Of a stretch of 17,605 nt of DNA, positions 8,224 through 15,861 are shown piece after piece. The notes under the pieces were generated by a model, which saw nothing but the letters and a program-made list of their open reading frames with translations, did no database searches and had not been told where the DNA came from. Position 1 is the stretch's first letter. Each line of letters begins with the position of its first letter. Source of the stretch: an uncultured archaeon (GTDB lineage Archaea; Thermoproteota; Nitrososphaeria_A; Caldarchaeales; Calditenuaceae); contig CAKZUF010000027.1 in NCBI GenBank assembly GCA_937921685.1, forward strand, positions 1 through 17,605, written 5' to 3'. Both the position numbers and the translations under genes were made by a program.

Positions 8224-8658
8224 GTGGCGGGTCAGACCACACGTCCTAGGAAGATTCGGATTTTGCTTGCTAAGCCTGGGCTAGATGGGCATGACCGGGG
8301 GCTCTTAATTCTTGCGAGGGCGTTTAGGGATGCGGGGTTTGAGGTTGTTTATGGCGGGATTCTGAGGAGCCCTGAAGAGGTGGTTGAGACAGCAATACAA
8401 GAGGACGTTGATGTGGTGGCTCTTAGCCTTCACAACGCAGACCATATCCCAAACTTCATCAGGGTTGCTAGGCTATTGAGGGAGAGGAATGCCGGCGACA
8501 TACTGGTCGTGGGGGGCGGCATCATACCGCCAGAGCATAAACCAATCTTGGAGAGGGAGGGAATTACGGGAAACTTCGGACCCGGCACACCCCTCCAAAC
8601 AATCATAGACCATATAGTTGAGAGGGTTAGGAAGGAGAGGTGGAGGGAGGGTGTGTAA
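8224..8658 (+). CDS. Methylmalonyl-CoA mutase, small cobalamin-binding subunit (C-terminal B12-binding domain)
   Basis: 144-aa ORF with a GTG start. It carries the canonical B12-binding DxHxxG motif in KPGLDGHDRGLLILARAFRDAGFEVVYGG, followed by the VDVVALS and VVGGGIIP Rossmann strands. Confidence 0.9.
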   Translation: MAGQTTRPRKIRILLAKPGLDGHDRGLLILARAFRDAGFEVVYGGILRSPEEVVETAIQEDVDVVALSLHNADHIPNFIRVARLLRERNAGDILVVGGGIIPPEHKPILEREGITGNFGPGTPLQTIIDHIVERVRKERWREGV

Positions 8659-8665
8659 TGGGTGA

Positions 8666-10444
8666 CTAGATTATCAACGGCTCGCTCCAGGTCCCGAATA
8701 CTTCCCGCCCAACATTCATTATCTCCTCCAGCGTCGCATAGCTCTTGACTGCCTCTATAATGTAGGGCATGACATTGACGTTTTCGTCCTCAAATGCTTT
8801 CCGAAGGTTTTCAAGGGCTCTCTTAACTTTCTCAGAATCTCTTTCCCTCTTCACCTGCTGAAGCCTCTCAACCTGCTTCTTCACAACTTTTTCATCGACT
8901 ACTAGATACCTTATCGGCCTCTCTTCGGGGATGGTGTATTTGTTAACCCCTACCAGCACCTCCTCCCCCCTCTCGAAGGCGAGCTGGGTCCTGTAGGCCG
9001 ACTCGTGTATCTCCCTCTGAGGATAGCCGGCCTTTATCGCCTCAAGCATTCCCCCAAGCTCGTCGATTTTCTCAAAATACCTGAACGCCCCTTCCACCAT
9101 CTGCTCCGTCAGCCACTCAACATAGTAGGATCCAGCGAGGGGGTCTATCGTGTCAGCCACACCGGTCTCCTCGGCTATTATCTGCTGTGTTCTCAGAGCC
9201 ACGAGAACCGCCTCCTCGGTGGGGAGGGCCCAGGCCTCATCGTAAGAGTTTGTATGAAGCGATTGAGTTCCACCAAGCACTGCTGCAAGAGCCTCCACAG
9301 TTGTCCTGACGATGTTGTTAAGCGGCTGCTGCCACGTTAGCGACGCGCCCGATGTCTGGGTGTGGAACCTCAGCGTCATAGACCTAGGGTCTTTCGCGCC
9401 GTAGAACTCCTTCAAAACAGTCGCCCATATCTTTCTCGCCGCCCTGAATTTCGCTATCTCCTCAAAGAAATAGATTGTTGAGTTGAAGAAGAATGAGAAA
9501 CGTGGGGCAAACTGGTCGACGCTCATCCCCGAGCTGATCCCCAAATCGACGTATGTGAATCCATCCATCAGTGTGAATGCCAACTCCTGCAACGCCGTCG
9601 CTCCTGCCTCGCGTATATGGTAGCCGCTGATGCTGATGTAGTGCCAGTAGGGCATGTTCTTCGTGCAAAACTCCATCATGTCTCTTATTATGCGGAGGTG
9701 AGCCTCGGGCGTAAAGGCCCACTCCTTCTGGGCTATGAACTCTTTTAGGATGTCTGTCTGGGTAGTCCCCCTAAGCATCCTCATCGGAACCCCCTGCTTC
9801 TCGGCGACAGCTATTAGCATGGCCAAAAGCACCGCGGCGGGCGCGTTTATCGTCATCGATACGCTCACCTTATCTAGCGGAATTCCATCAAAGATTATCT
9901 CCATGTCTCTGACCGTGGCGACGGAGACTCCGCATTTCCCAACTTCTCCCTCACATCTCGGGTTATCGGGGTCATAGCCATAGAGGGTGGGTGTGTCGAA
10001 GGCGATGCTTAGACCCGTCTCACCGTGCTCCAAGAGGAAGCGGAAACGCTTGTTAGTGTCTTCAGGCGTTCCAAAGCCTGCGAACTGTCTCATAGTCCAT
10101 AGCCTGCCCCTGTACATTGTGGTATAGACGCCGCGTGTGAATGGGTATTGCCCCGAGAATCCTAGGTCACTCTCATAGTCGAGCCATTTAACGTCAAGTG
10201 GGGTGTATAGGGGCTTGACCTCGAATCCTGAGGGTGTTTTAAAGAGGCTTTTCCGCTCACCGGCTGCCGCTGCCTCGGCATACCGCTTACCCCAATCCTT
10301 AAAACTTTGTTCGAGCCTTTCCAAAAAGTCAGCCCTATACATCGGGGAGACCATGCGCCTCCTGTTGAGGGATTCGAGCTTATCTCTCCAGTAGGGGAGG
10401 CGCTTAACACTATACTGGCTGAGACGCTCAGATATTCCTGCCAC
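8666..10444 (-). CDS. mcmA: Methylmalonyl-CoA mutase, large catalytic (N-terminal TIM-barrel) subunit
   Basis: 592-aa ORF with a GTG start. Typical MCM motifs are present: [61 protein letters not shown] and the [38 protein letters not shown] pattern. It sits 32 nt downstream of meaB on the same strand. Confidence 0.92.
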   Translation of the reverse strand: MAGISERLSQYSVKRLPYWRDKLESLNRRRMVSPMYRADFLERLEQSFKDWGKRYAEAAAAGERKSLFKTPSGFEVKPLYTPLDVKWLDYESDLGFSGQYPFTRGVYTTMYRGRLWTMRQFAGFGTPEDTNKRFRFLLEHGETGLSIAFDTPTLYGYDPDNPRCEGEVGKCGVSVATVRDMEIIFDGIPLDKVSVSMTINAPAAVLLAMLIAVAEKQGVPMRMLRGTTQTDILKEFIAQKEWAFTPEAHLRIIRDMMEFCTKNMPYWHYISISGYHIREAGATALQELAFTLMDGFTYVDLGISSGMSVDQFAPRFSFFFNSTIYFFEEIAKFRAARKIWATVLKEFYGAKDPRSMTLRFHTQTSGASLTWQQPLNNIVRTTVEALAAVLGGTQSLHTNSYDEAWALPTEEAVLVALRTQQIIAEETGVADTIDPLAGSYYVEWLTEQMVEGAFRYFEKIDELGGMLEAIKAGYPQREIHESAYRTQLAFERGEEVLVGVNKYTIPEERPIRYLVVDEKVVKKQVERLQQVKRERDSEKVKRALENLRKAFEDENVNVMPYIIEAVKSYATLEEIMNVGREVFGTWSEPLII

Positions 10445-10476
10445 GAAACATCTAGTGCCTCAGAGGCTTATAAACA

Positions 10477-11442
10477 CTATATCTTCCTCGCCCATTCTAA
10501 TACTCTGTCCATCATTTTTCGGGCTACAGCCTTTGGGTCAAGGCCCTCAGCTACAAGTCTCTCGACCTCAGCTATAAACTCCTTATCCGAGGAAAACGTT
10601 TCAACCGCGACTCTAAAGTCCTCCATAATCAAGGCCGCCACCTCCGCTATGTTCTGTCGCCTTCTCCTGGCCTGAAGCCCGCCGTCAGCTTTGAGCTGCT
10701 CCCACTTTCTCAAGAGTGTTTCAGCCAGCACATCTACACCCTCACCACGCGTTGCAATCGTCCTCAAGACAACCGGCCTGTCTCCGCCCCTGCCAAGCAT
10801 AGCCTCGAGCATTGAAGCTATGTAAGAGCTTCTAGAATCATCCGCCTTGTTGACGACGTAGACATCGCCTATTTCGAGGAGGCCCGCTTTTATGGCCTGG
10901 ATACTATCCCCCATATCGGGTGTAACAACTATAGCCACCACGTCTGCGACATCATTGATGGATACATCGGTCTGCCCAGCCCCTGCGGTCTCCACCAATA
11001 TGACGTCAAAACCTGAGGCATCAAGGACGCGGATAACAGACCTCACATACGCTACAACCCCACCCCTCGCACCACGCGTAGCCATGCTCCTGATAAACAC
11101 GCCCGGCGCAGAAGCGATCGACACCATCCTAACCCTGTCACCTAAAACCGCTCCACCCGTGAATGGGCTTGAAGGGTCTATCGCCAGAACAGCCACCCTC
11201 AAACCACTGCCCCTCAAATATTCACCGATTCTGCCTATGAGGGTGCTTTTCCCCGACCCCGGAGGGCCGGAGAAGCCTATGACGGGGCTGCCCCTGACAT
11301 GCTTCGAGAGCCTTGACAGGATGGACTCGGCCTCTCCGCCACGCACCTCCACAATACTGATAGCTCTTGCAAGGGATCTGGTGTCTCCGGCTAATACCTT
11401 GTCGACAAGACGGTCAGCATCAGACATTCCCTGCAAAGACAT
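10477..11442 (-). CDS. meaB: Methylmalonyl-CoA mutase-associated G-protein chaperone MeaB/ArgK
   Basis: 321-aa ORF. It has the P-loop GFSGPPGSGKSTLI, the AVLAIDPSSPFTGGAVLGDR motif, the VETAGAGQ switch and NKAD guanine specificity. It lies directly upstream of the mutase large subunit. Confidence 0.92.
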   Translation of the reverse strand: MSLQGMSDADRLVDKVLAGDTRSLARAISIVEVRGGEAESILSRLSKHVRGSPVIGFSGPPGSGKSTLIGRIGEYLRGSGLRVAVLAIDPSSPFTGGAVLGDRVRMVSIASAPGVFIRSMATRGARGGVVAYVRSVIRVLDASGFDVILVETAGAGQTDVSINDVADVVAIVVTPDMGDSIQAIKAGLLEIGDVYVVNKADDSRSSYIASMLEAMLGRGGDRPVVLRTIATRGEGVDVLAETLLRKWEQLKADGGLQARRRRQNIAEVAALIMEDFRVAVETFSSDKEFIAEVERLVAEGLDPKAVARKMMDRVLEWARKI

Positions 11443-11842
11443 ACCAACGTCATCCTATATGTATTAACTTCGCCGACCATTAATGGCTGCTTTTTTAATA
11501 TATCAATAAACAGGCGACAGCCTAAAAACCTCAGTAGCGCCTCATACACCTCCACTAATTATGAGCCTTTGACACTCTCTATGGCTAAAGCTAGGAGACC
11601 CGCGATTCCTCAGGCCATGCATCATTGTATCGAGTTTTGGACCCTGTCGAGGGGGCCTCCTATTATGGAGACCTGCCCCGAAGCCCGCTTAGGTATGTTT
11701 ATGGCGCCGTTACAGTCTGTGTGTAGCCTTTATAGCGACCCGCCAAAAATGAATAACCTGACAAGTATCTAGACTAGTCGACGATTCGTCTCAGAGCCAG
11801 GCCGGCTGACTTTCTGATTTTCCTTCCCGCCCATGGTGGGGA

Positions 11843-12700
11843 TTAAGTACCGTTTCTCTCAGAGATGTGCAATCTTCTAGCCAATTCCTTGAAGTCTATG
11901 TATCTCCTTAATGTTTCATCAATTATGATTGTTCTGAGTATCTCATCTCTCGAGAACAGAAGTTTCCCTCTCGTGAAGACGTGATATTTGAGCGGGAGCG
12001 GCGCCTCGTTTAATACGTGCAGGTCTATTGGATATCCGATCCTAGTCTCTAGGCTTGCAGATAGGCTGACCGTGTAGTAGAATGCTTTTTTAGGATCCTT
12101 TACCCATACTGCGATGTCAATATCTCTGAAGAATGATCTTTCTACGAAGCCTCCATGGATATAGGCGAAGACCACTCCATCAATGGGTCTAAGCTCCTTG
12201 TATAGAGATTCTATAAGCTTGGCCTTCTCTTTCGGAGAAAGCTCATAATATTTGAATTTTGAAAAAGCTTCATCTACATCAGGATCAGCTGCCAAGAAGT
12301 TCCTTATATAGGACACGTATTTCTCGAAATCCATTAGGCCGACCTTAATGCTCTCATAAACCTTCTTATCGTCGACAGTCCAGTATCTACGGACTAGAAG
12401 GTTTCTTAGTCTAGCAGCCGCTGAGAGCTTTTCAGCCAACTCCCTAGGTATTACTTCTTTAGCTCCTAGCCTGGCGAAACATTCAGAATAACCTTCAGCC
12501 CTCTCGCCGAAGACATTCATAAGCACGTGCAAGCACATGCTCACCGACGACTCAACGAGCTGTATAACTAAGTATCTTATTGAAAGCCTTTCGTAGACGT
12601 TTAATTCTTCAAACCCTTTATCTGCCAGCCTTTTAATCATCTGAATCGCATCATTAATCTCCATAATCCTTGCCTCGATAAAATCAGTGTTCACATTCAA
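11843..12700 (-). CDS. Single-chain fusion of a HEPN (DUF86-type) domain and a minimal nucleotidyltransferase (MNT) domain, resembling a fused type II/VII toxin-antitoxin module
   Basis: 285-aa ORF starting at TTG 12700, with GTG 12694 and ATG 12664 as alternatives. The N-terminal ~135 aa match the DUF86 layout and end in ARLRNLLVRRYWTVDDKKVYESI, against the consensus RN.lvH.Y..vd...v. The His position (codon 104, CGT at 12389-12391) is Arg. The C-terminal half is MNT-like: VFAYIHGGFVERSFFRDIDIAVWV (GG instead of GS, DxD intact), then YPIDLHVLNEAP...G.LLF. Confidence 0.8.
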   Translation of the reverse strand: MNVNTDFIEARIMEINDAIQMIKRLADKGFEELNVYERLSIRYLVIQLVESSVSMCLHVLMNVFGERAEGYSECFARLGAKEVIPRELAEKLSAAARLRNLLVRRYWTVDDKKVYESIKVGLMDFEKYVSYIRNFLAADPDVDEAFSKFKYYELSPKEKAKLIESLYKELRPIDGVVFAYIHGGFVERSFFRDIDIAVWVKDPKKAFYYTVSLSASLETRIGYPIDLHVLNEAPLPLKYHVFTRGKLLFSRDEILRTIIIDETLRRYIDFKELARRLHISERNGT

Positions 12701-12954
12701 AACTGCTCACGCTCCAGCAACATTCAGCCCATAATCATCCTAGATTACCCCCTCTTTTATCTTCGCATCACGGTAATCTCGCCACCGGCTCCTGAAGCGC
12801 TAAGTGACGAGTGGAGGGCGCTAAGATTGGTTTTGAGTTTAAAAAGGTTGGATTCCCTGATAGACATTGTCTGGACAAGCATGGCTAGCCGTCTATATCC
12901 AGTAAACTTCCAATGATCTCCGCTGCTGGCGAAATACGGGGATGGATTCGAGAA

Positions 12955-13329
12955 TCAGAGTAGTGCCAACCCGTATGGTCTGGAGTGCTCCACATTCCCT
13001 GTTGACGGGTCCACCTTTAATCCGAGCCCCTCGAGGGCTGTGGTGCCGAGTAACGGCTCCGGGGATTCCAAGATTACTACGGGGAGTATCCCCTCCCTAT
13101 CCAGCATCCTCATGTAGGCGAGGGATACGCCGGCTTCGACAACCCGCTTATCGGCCAGCGTTAAGCTGGTCTTAGCATACGGCCTGATTCCCAGCTCTTC
13201 AGCGATTGCCTGTGGAATCACTGTGTAGAAGGCCCCGGTGTCAAATAGGAAGTCGAGTTCCACGGTTGAGGTCCTATCAACATTCCCTACGAAAGCCTTG
13301 ACTCTCACGTAACCCACAGCCAGCTCCAT
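12955..13329 (-). CDS. Retropepsin-like (clan AA) aspartic protease, small stand-alone archaeal type
   Basis: 124-aa ORF with the catalytic D-T-G-A motif in ELDFLFDTGAFYTVIP (Asp30). The size fits a single retropepsin-fold lobe that would have to dimerise. The C-terminal LLGTTALEGLGL is typical of this family. Confidence 0.72.
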   Translation of the reverse strand: MELAVGYVRVKAFVGNVDRTSTVELDFLFDTGAFYTVIPQAIAEELGIRPYAKTSLTLADKRVVEAGVSLAYMRMLDREGILPVVILESPEPLLGTTALEGLGLKVDPSTGNVEHSRPYGLALL

Positions 13330-13469
13330 GCTCTAGCAGAGGCACCAAAAAATAGACGTGTTGTCAGTAAAGTAGTGACATTGCAACATAAGCTGAGAGA
13401 CTGTTTTATTCATCATCCTCCCCCTCTCGCCTATAACCCACTTGGATGACGAGACGTAAACTATTCTTA

Positions 13470-13801
13470 CATCACCGAGCCTATAGAGCTCCATATCCAC
13501 GGTTTACCACTCCTCCAGTCTCCAAGCCCTCCTAACCTTGATGTCGCTCACCATCTACAGTACCCTCCATCCCTCGGCTACCGCGCTCTGACTCGAGCTC
13601 TCTTACCGCATTTTTCCGAGCTGATGCCAATTCTACTCTTAGTCTTCAAATCTATTCTTGTTATGGCCCAGACATCCTTCATGAGCGTCCAAAGGCTATG
13701 AGGGATGGTGATTGTGATTTCGATGATGGGTTGAAGAAGCCTATGACGAGGCTACTCCTGACATGCTTCAAAAACCTTGACAGAATGGACTCGATATACG
13801 T
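13470..13801 (-). pseudogene. Decayed, truncated second copy of meaB (a relic with no intact ORF)
   Basis: The core match was verified base by base. Positions 13735-13793 align without gaps to meaB 11271-11329 with 52/59 identities. The flanking ctatgaggg (13696-13704 versus 11235-11243) is offset by one codon. The minus-strand translation is YIESILSRFLKHVRSSLVIGFFNPSSKSQSPSLIAFG, against MeaB ESILSRLSKHVRGSPVIGFSGPPGSGKSTLIGRIG, so the P-loop is destroyed. The frame is closed by stops at 13802-13804 and 13686-13688. Weaker patches further 3' (about 13515-13530 resembling the ETAGAGQ region, about 13440-13477 resembling the GDVYVVNKAD region) suggest the relic extends further with deletions. 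The outer boundaries are approximate. Confidence 0.6.
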
Positions 13802-14172
13802 TTACCGTTTCTTCGATCGGGGATAGGCGGTATGGCTTGACCCGTTCACGAGTAATTCTGTTGATGTTATATTTGATAAGGTGACATTTTCCTTGACGTC
13901 CCCCAAGGCAAGAATGGATGTAGGCTCAAGTCATTGGGTAGTAGAGTTAGATACCGCGAAATAGATGCGCTGTTGAAGAAATTCTCGTTCTTAGCCTTCG
14001 GAACGTTTGATGCCCAGCTCTCATAAGACTTTTCCACCGCAGTAGGGCTGGCCACCGGTAGGGGTTACTAGAACATCAGCGCCTCATCAGCCTATGTCAC
14101 GGCCTTATATGGCTCTCCCAATTGTTGGTGAGCTAGGGATAGATAGTTTAATCCTTAGATTTTCCCTCAAAC

Positions 14173-14179
14173 TTATATA
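14173..14179 (+). promoter_or_regulatory. Putative TATA/box-A element (TTATATA) of the tRNA-Ile gene
   Basis: Centred about 25 nt upstream of the first tRNA nucleotide (14201), the canonical archaeal promoter spacing. Confidence 0.55.
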
Positions 14180-14200
14180 CACATTCAATGACGTATTCTT

Positions 14201-14275
14201 GGGCCCGTAGCTCAGCCTGGCTGGAGCGTCCGGCTGATAACCGGAAGGTCGTGGGTTCAAATCCCACCGGGCCCA
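14201..14275 (+). tRNA. tRNA-Ile (anticodon GAU)
   Basis: The cloverleaf was folded by hand:
- acceptor stem GGGCCCG/CGGGCCC
- D stem GCTC/GAGC with a 10-nt loop
- anticodon stem TCCGG/CCGGA with loop CT-GAT-AA
- 5-nt variable loop AGGTC
- T stem GTGGG/CCCAC with loop TTCAAAT
- discriminator A
Total length is 75 nt, with no intron and no encoded CCA. Confidence 0.93.
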
Positions 14276-14352
14276 CAAAAGGTGCTTCGCATTCATCTTT
14301 ATTCTTTATTACTCATGGTTATAGTATAGTATGCGTTTTTTAAAATTAGTTA

Positions 14353-14360
14353 AAATATAA
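14353..14360 (+). promoter_or_regulatory. Putative TATA/box-A element (AAATATAA) for the MFS transporter gene
   Basis: It lies within a very A/T-rich stretch (14336-14366), centred about 34 nt upstream of ATG 14391. Confidence 0.4.
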
Positions 14361-14390
14361 ACTATTGTACGATTTGTTTGGTGTTTTCAT

Positions 14391-15623
14391 ATGGCAAATA
14401 GGTGGGTGTATGTCTTCGCCGGTCTTGTTGCCAACCTGCTTTTGGGAACCATTTATAGCTGGAGTGTGTTTAGGAAGCCTCTTGAGGTGCTTCTGGGCTG
14501 GGGTGGCTTTGAATCAGGTATACCCTTCTCGATCTTTCTCCTATTCTTTGCGATCTGTATGCCGCTCGGTGGCAGTATTTTGAGGACCTACAGTTCGAGG
14601 CGTGTTGTGTTGTTGGGTGCGATGCTGGTGGGTTTAGGTTGGATTTTATCCGGTCTTGCACTAGAGACACAATCTCCCTTGTTATATGTCATTCTCTTTT
14701 ATGGTGTCTTGGCTGGGTCTGGGGTTGCACTGATCTATAACTCGACAATCACTGTCTCGAGCCACTGGGTCCCTGAAAGGAGGGGGTTGGCGGTAGGCCT
14801 AACTGTCTTGGGCTTCGGCATCTCACCCCTCGTAACAGCCCCACTCGCGAATTATCTAATAGCCAGCCAAGGTGTAAAGAACTCGTTCATCATACTTGGA
14901 GTGGGCTATGGGCTAATACTTCTCGCCCTTTCACCCCTGATGTCACTTCCGAGGCTTGAGAAGCGCGGGGGTCAGCCAAGAGCTGACTTACAGCAGCCGA
15001 CAGGGCTAAGGGAGTTCACACCGGGCATGATGGTTAGGTCGAAGAGTTTCGCGGGACTCTGGCTTGCATATGCGCTTGGTACTCTGGGGGGATTTATTGC
15101 GATAAGCCAGGCTGCTAAGTTTGGGCAGGAGGTTGTTAGGCTAAGCCCCGAGCTGGCCGCTGCTGCCACCGGGGTCTTTGCAATATTCAACGGGCTTGGG
15201 AGGCCCTTATTCGGATACCTCGCGGACAGGATGAAGATAAATGTCGTGTCCAGCATCTCCTTCTTACTGGCCATCGCTGCGGCCTTGTTGGCGACACAGG
15301 CAAGTACACTCCCCATCTACATCATCTCCTATTCGATCCTCTGGCTAGTCTTCGGTGGTTGGCTAGCCCTAGCACCCAAGGCTACATCACTTTTCTTCGG
15401 CATTCAGAACCTGTCGGTTAACTATGGAATCGTGTTCACAGCCTATGGGGCCTCGGCCCTAGCCGGTCCAACACTATCAGCGTCTCTCTGGGAACTACTG
15501 GGACACTATTCACCTGTCTTCATCACAGTGGCAGCCCTCAGCGCCCTAGGCCTAGTCGTCTCAAACCTCATGCTCAAACCGCCTGCGATACCTGAGCGGA
15601 AGATCCCCATAAAGGTGAGGTAG
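14391..15623 (+). CDS. MFS transporter, oxalate/formate antiporter (OFA) family-like
   Basis: 410-aa ORF that appears to have about 12 hydrophobic segments. The N-terminal pattern RWVYVFAGLVANLLLGTIYSWSVFRKPLE is characteristic of OFA-type MFS proteins, and there is a central hydrophilic loop (RLEKRGGQPRADLQQPTGLRE). The substrate cannot be inferred. Confidence 0.82.
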   Translation: MANRWVYVFAGLVANLLLGTIYSWSVFRKPLEVLLGWGGFESGIPFSIFLLFFAICMPLGGSILRTYSSRRVVLLGAMLVGLGWILSGLALETQSPLLYVILFYGVLAGSGVALIYNSTITVSSHWVPERRGLAVGLTVLGFGISPLVTAPLANYLIASQGVKNSFIILGVGYGLILLALSPLMSLPRLEKRGGQPRADLQQPTGLREFTPGMMVRSKSFAGLWLAYALGTLGGFIAISQAAKFGQEVVRLSPELAAAATGVFAIFNGLGRPLFGYLADRMKINVVSSISFLLAIAAALLATQASTLPIYIISYSILWLVFGGWLALAPKATSLFFGIQNLSVNYGIVFTAYGASALAGPTLSASLWELLGHYSPVFITVAALSALGLVVSNLMLKPPAIPERKIPIKVR

Positions 15624-15747
15624 TGGGGCAGCCTTAGAGAAGGGCTCAGATACCCCAGGAAAATTCATCAAGGACTATCCTCCCTGAGTCCCACATCATC
15701 GCCTAGTCTTACGAGCTAACTGCTCCTAGATAAATTGTTTACTAGCT

Positions 15748-15785
15748 GGGTTCTGAGCCACGCTAGACCGCGCGGCCCAGAACCC
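15748..15785 (+). other. Strong GC-rich hairpin (12-bp stem with one A/C mismatch and a 14-nt loop) in the MFS-srp54 intergenic region
   Basis: gggttctgagcc (15748-15759) pairs with ggcccagaaccc (15774-15785), checked pair by pair. The hairpin lies about 125 nt after the MFS stop and about 30 nt upstream of the srp54 TATA box. Confidence 0.5.
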
Positions 15786-15815
15786 GCCGTCTGAGGGGGA
15801 GGTTGGTTGGGCGGC

Positions 15816-15823
15816 TTTATAAT
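15816..15823 (+). promoter_or_regulatory. Putative TATA/box-A element (TTTATAAT) for srp54
   Basis: Centred about 42 nt upstream of ATG 15862. This would leave a short leader containing a purine-rich GGTGGGG stretch (about 15848-15854) as a possible ribosome-binding site. Confidence 0.45.
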
Positions 15824-15861
15824 CTGGGTAGGGGCTTGAGTTTGTAGGGTGGGGCTGCGGG

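Noticed and set aside
11569-11772. A 67-aa + strand ORF from the track, in the region upstream of meaB.
   Set aside because: Its composition is unlike the neighbouring proteins: rich in Pro, Met and Cys with no motif. There is no TATA-like box at the right spacing and no recognisable family. It is probably a chance ORF in a non-coding region.
11470-11842. I tested this region by eye for RNase P RNA and SRP (7S) RNA on both strands. Fragments such as AGAAAGTCAGCCGG and GAAGCCCGCTTAGG loosely resemble the CR-I and CR-V motifs, and CCAGGCCGG resembles the start of SRP helix 8.
   Set aside because: The motifs lie on opposite strands or in the wrong order. The P4 pairing partners do not match. 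The SRP GGAAGGGAGCA-type continuation is absent. The evidence is insufficient without a covariance-model scan.
13333-13554. A minus-strand reading MVSDIKVRRAWRLEEW*TVDMELYRLGDVRIVYVSSSKWVIGERG... The LYRLGDVRIVY part initially looked like the RelE/ParE toxin signature (yRlRvGdyRiiY) interrupted by an in-frame stop.
   Set aside because: The same DNA aligns at least as well to the meaB NKxD region. GGTGATGT...TTACGTCTCGTCATCCAAG here corresponds to GGCGATGTCTACGTCGTCAACAAGG in the live gene, encoding IGDVYVVNKAD. It also lies collinear with the verified meaB relic core. It is therefore more economically explained as part of the decayed meaB copy. There is no intact toxin ORF and no antitoxin partner.
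13867-14055. A 62-aa minus-strand ORF between the meaB relic and the tRNA. I considered it as a possible integrase or other mobile-element remnant because a tRNA gene is adjacent.
   Set aside because: It has no recombinase motifs. I could find no repeat of tRNA sequence elsewhere in the window, and the region lies on the 5' side of the tRNA rather than the usual 3' attachment side.
14105-14296. A 63-aa minus-strand ORF from the track.
   Set aside because: It runs antisense through the tRNA-Ile gene and its promoter, so it is an artefact of the structured GC-rich tRNA sequence.
15646-15700. C/D-box sRNA-like motifs on the minus strand: GATGATGT ... TTGATGA ... CTGA.
   Set aside because: There are 15 nt between the C'-like box and the D box, against the expected ~12. 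No acceptable D' box is present at the right distance from the C-like box. The C box is imperfect (UGAUGU), and there is no terminal stem complementarity.
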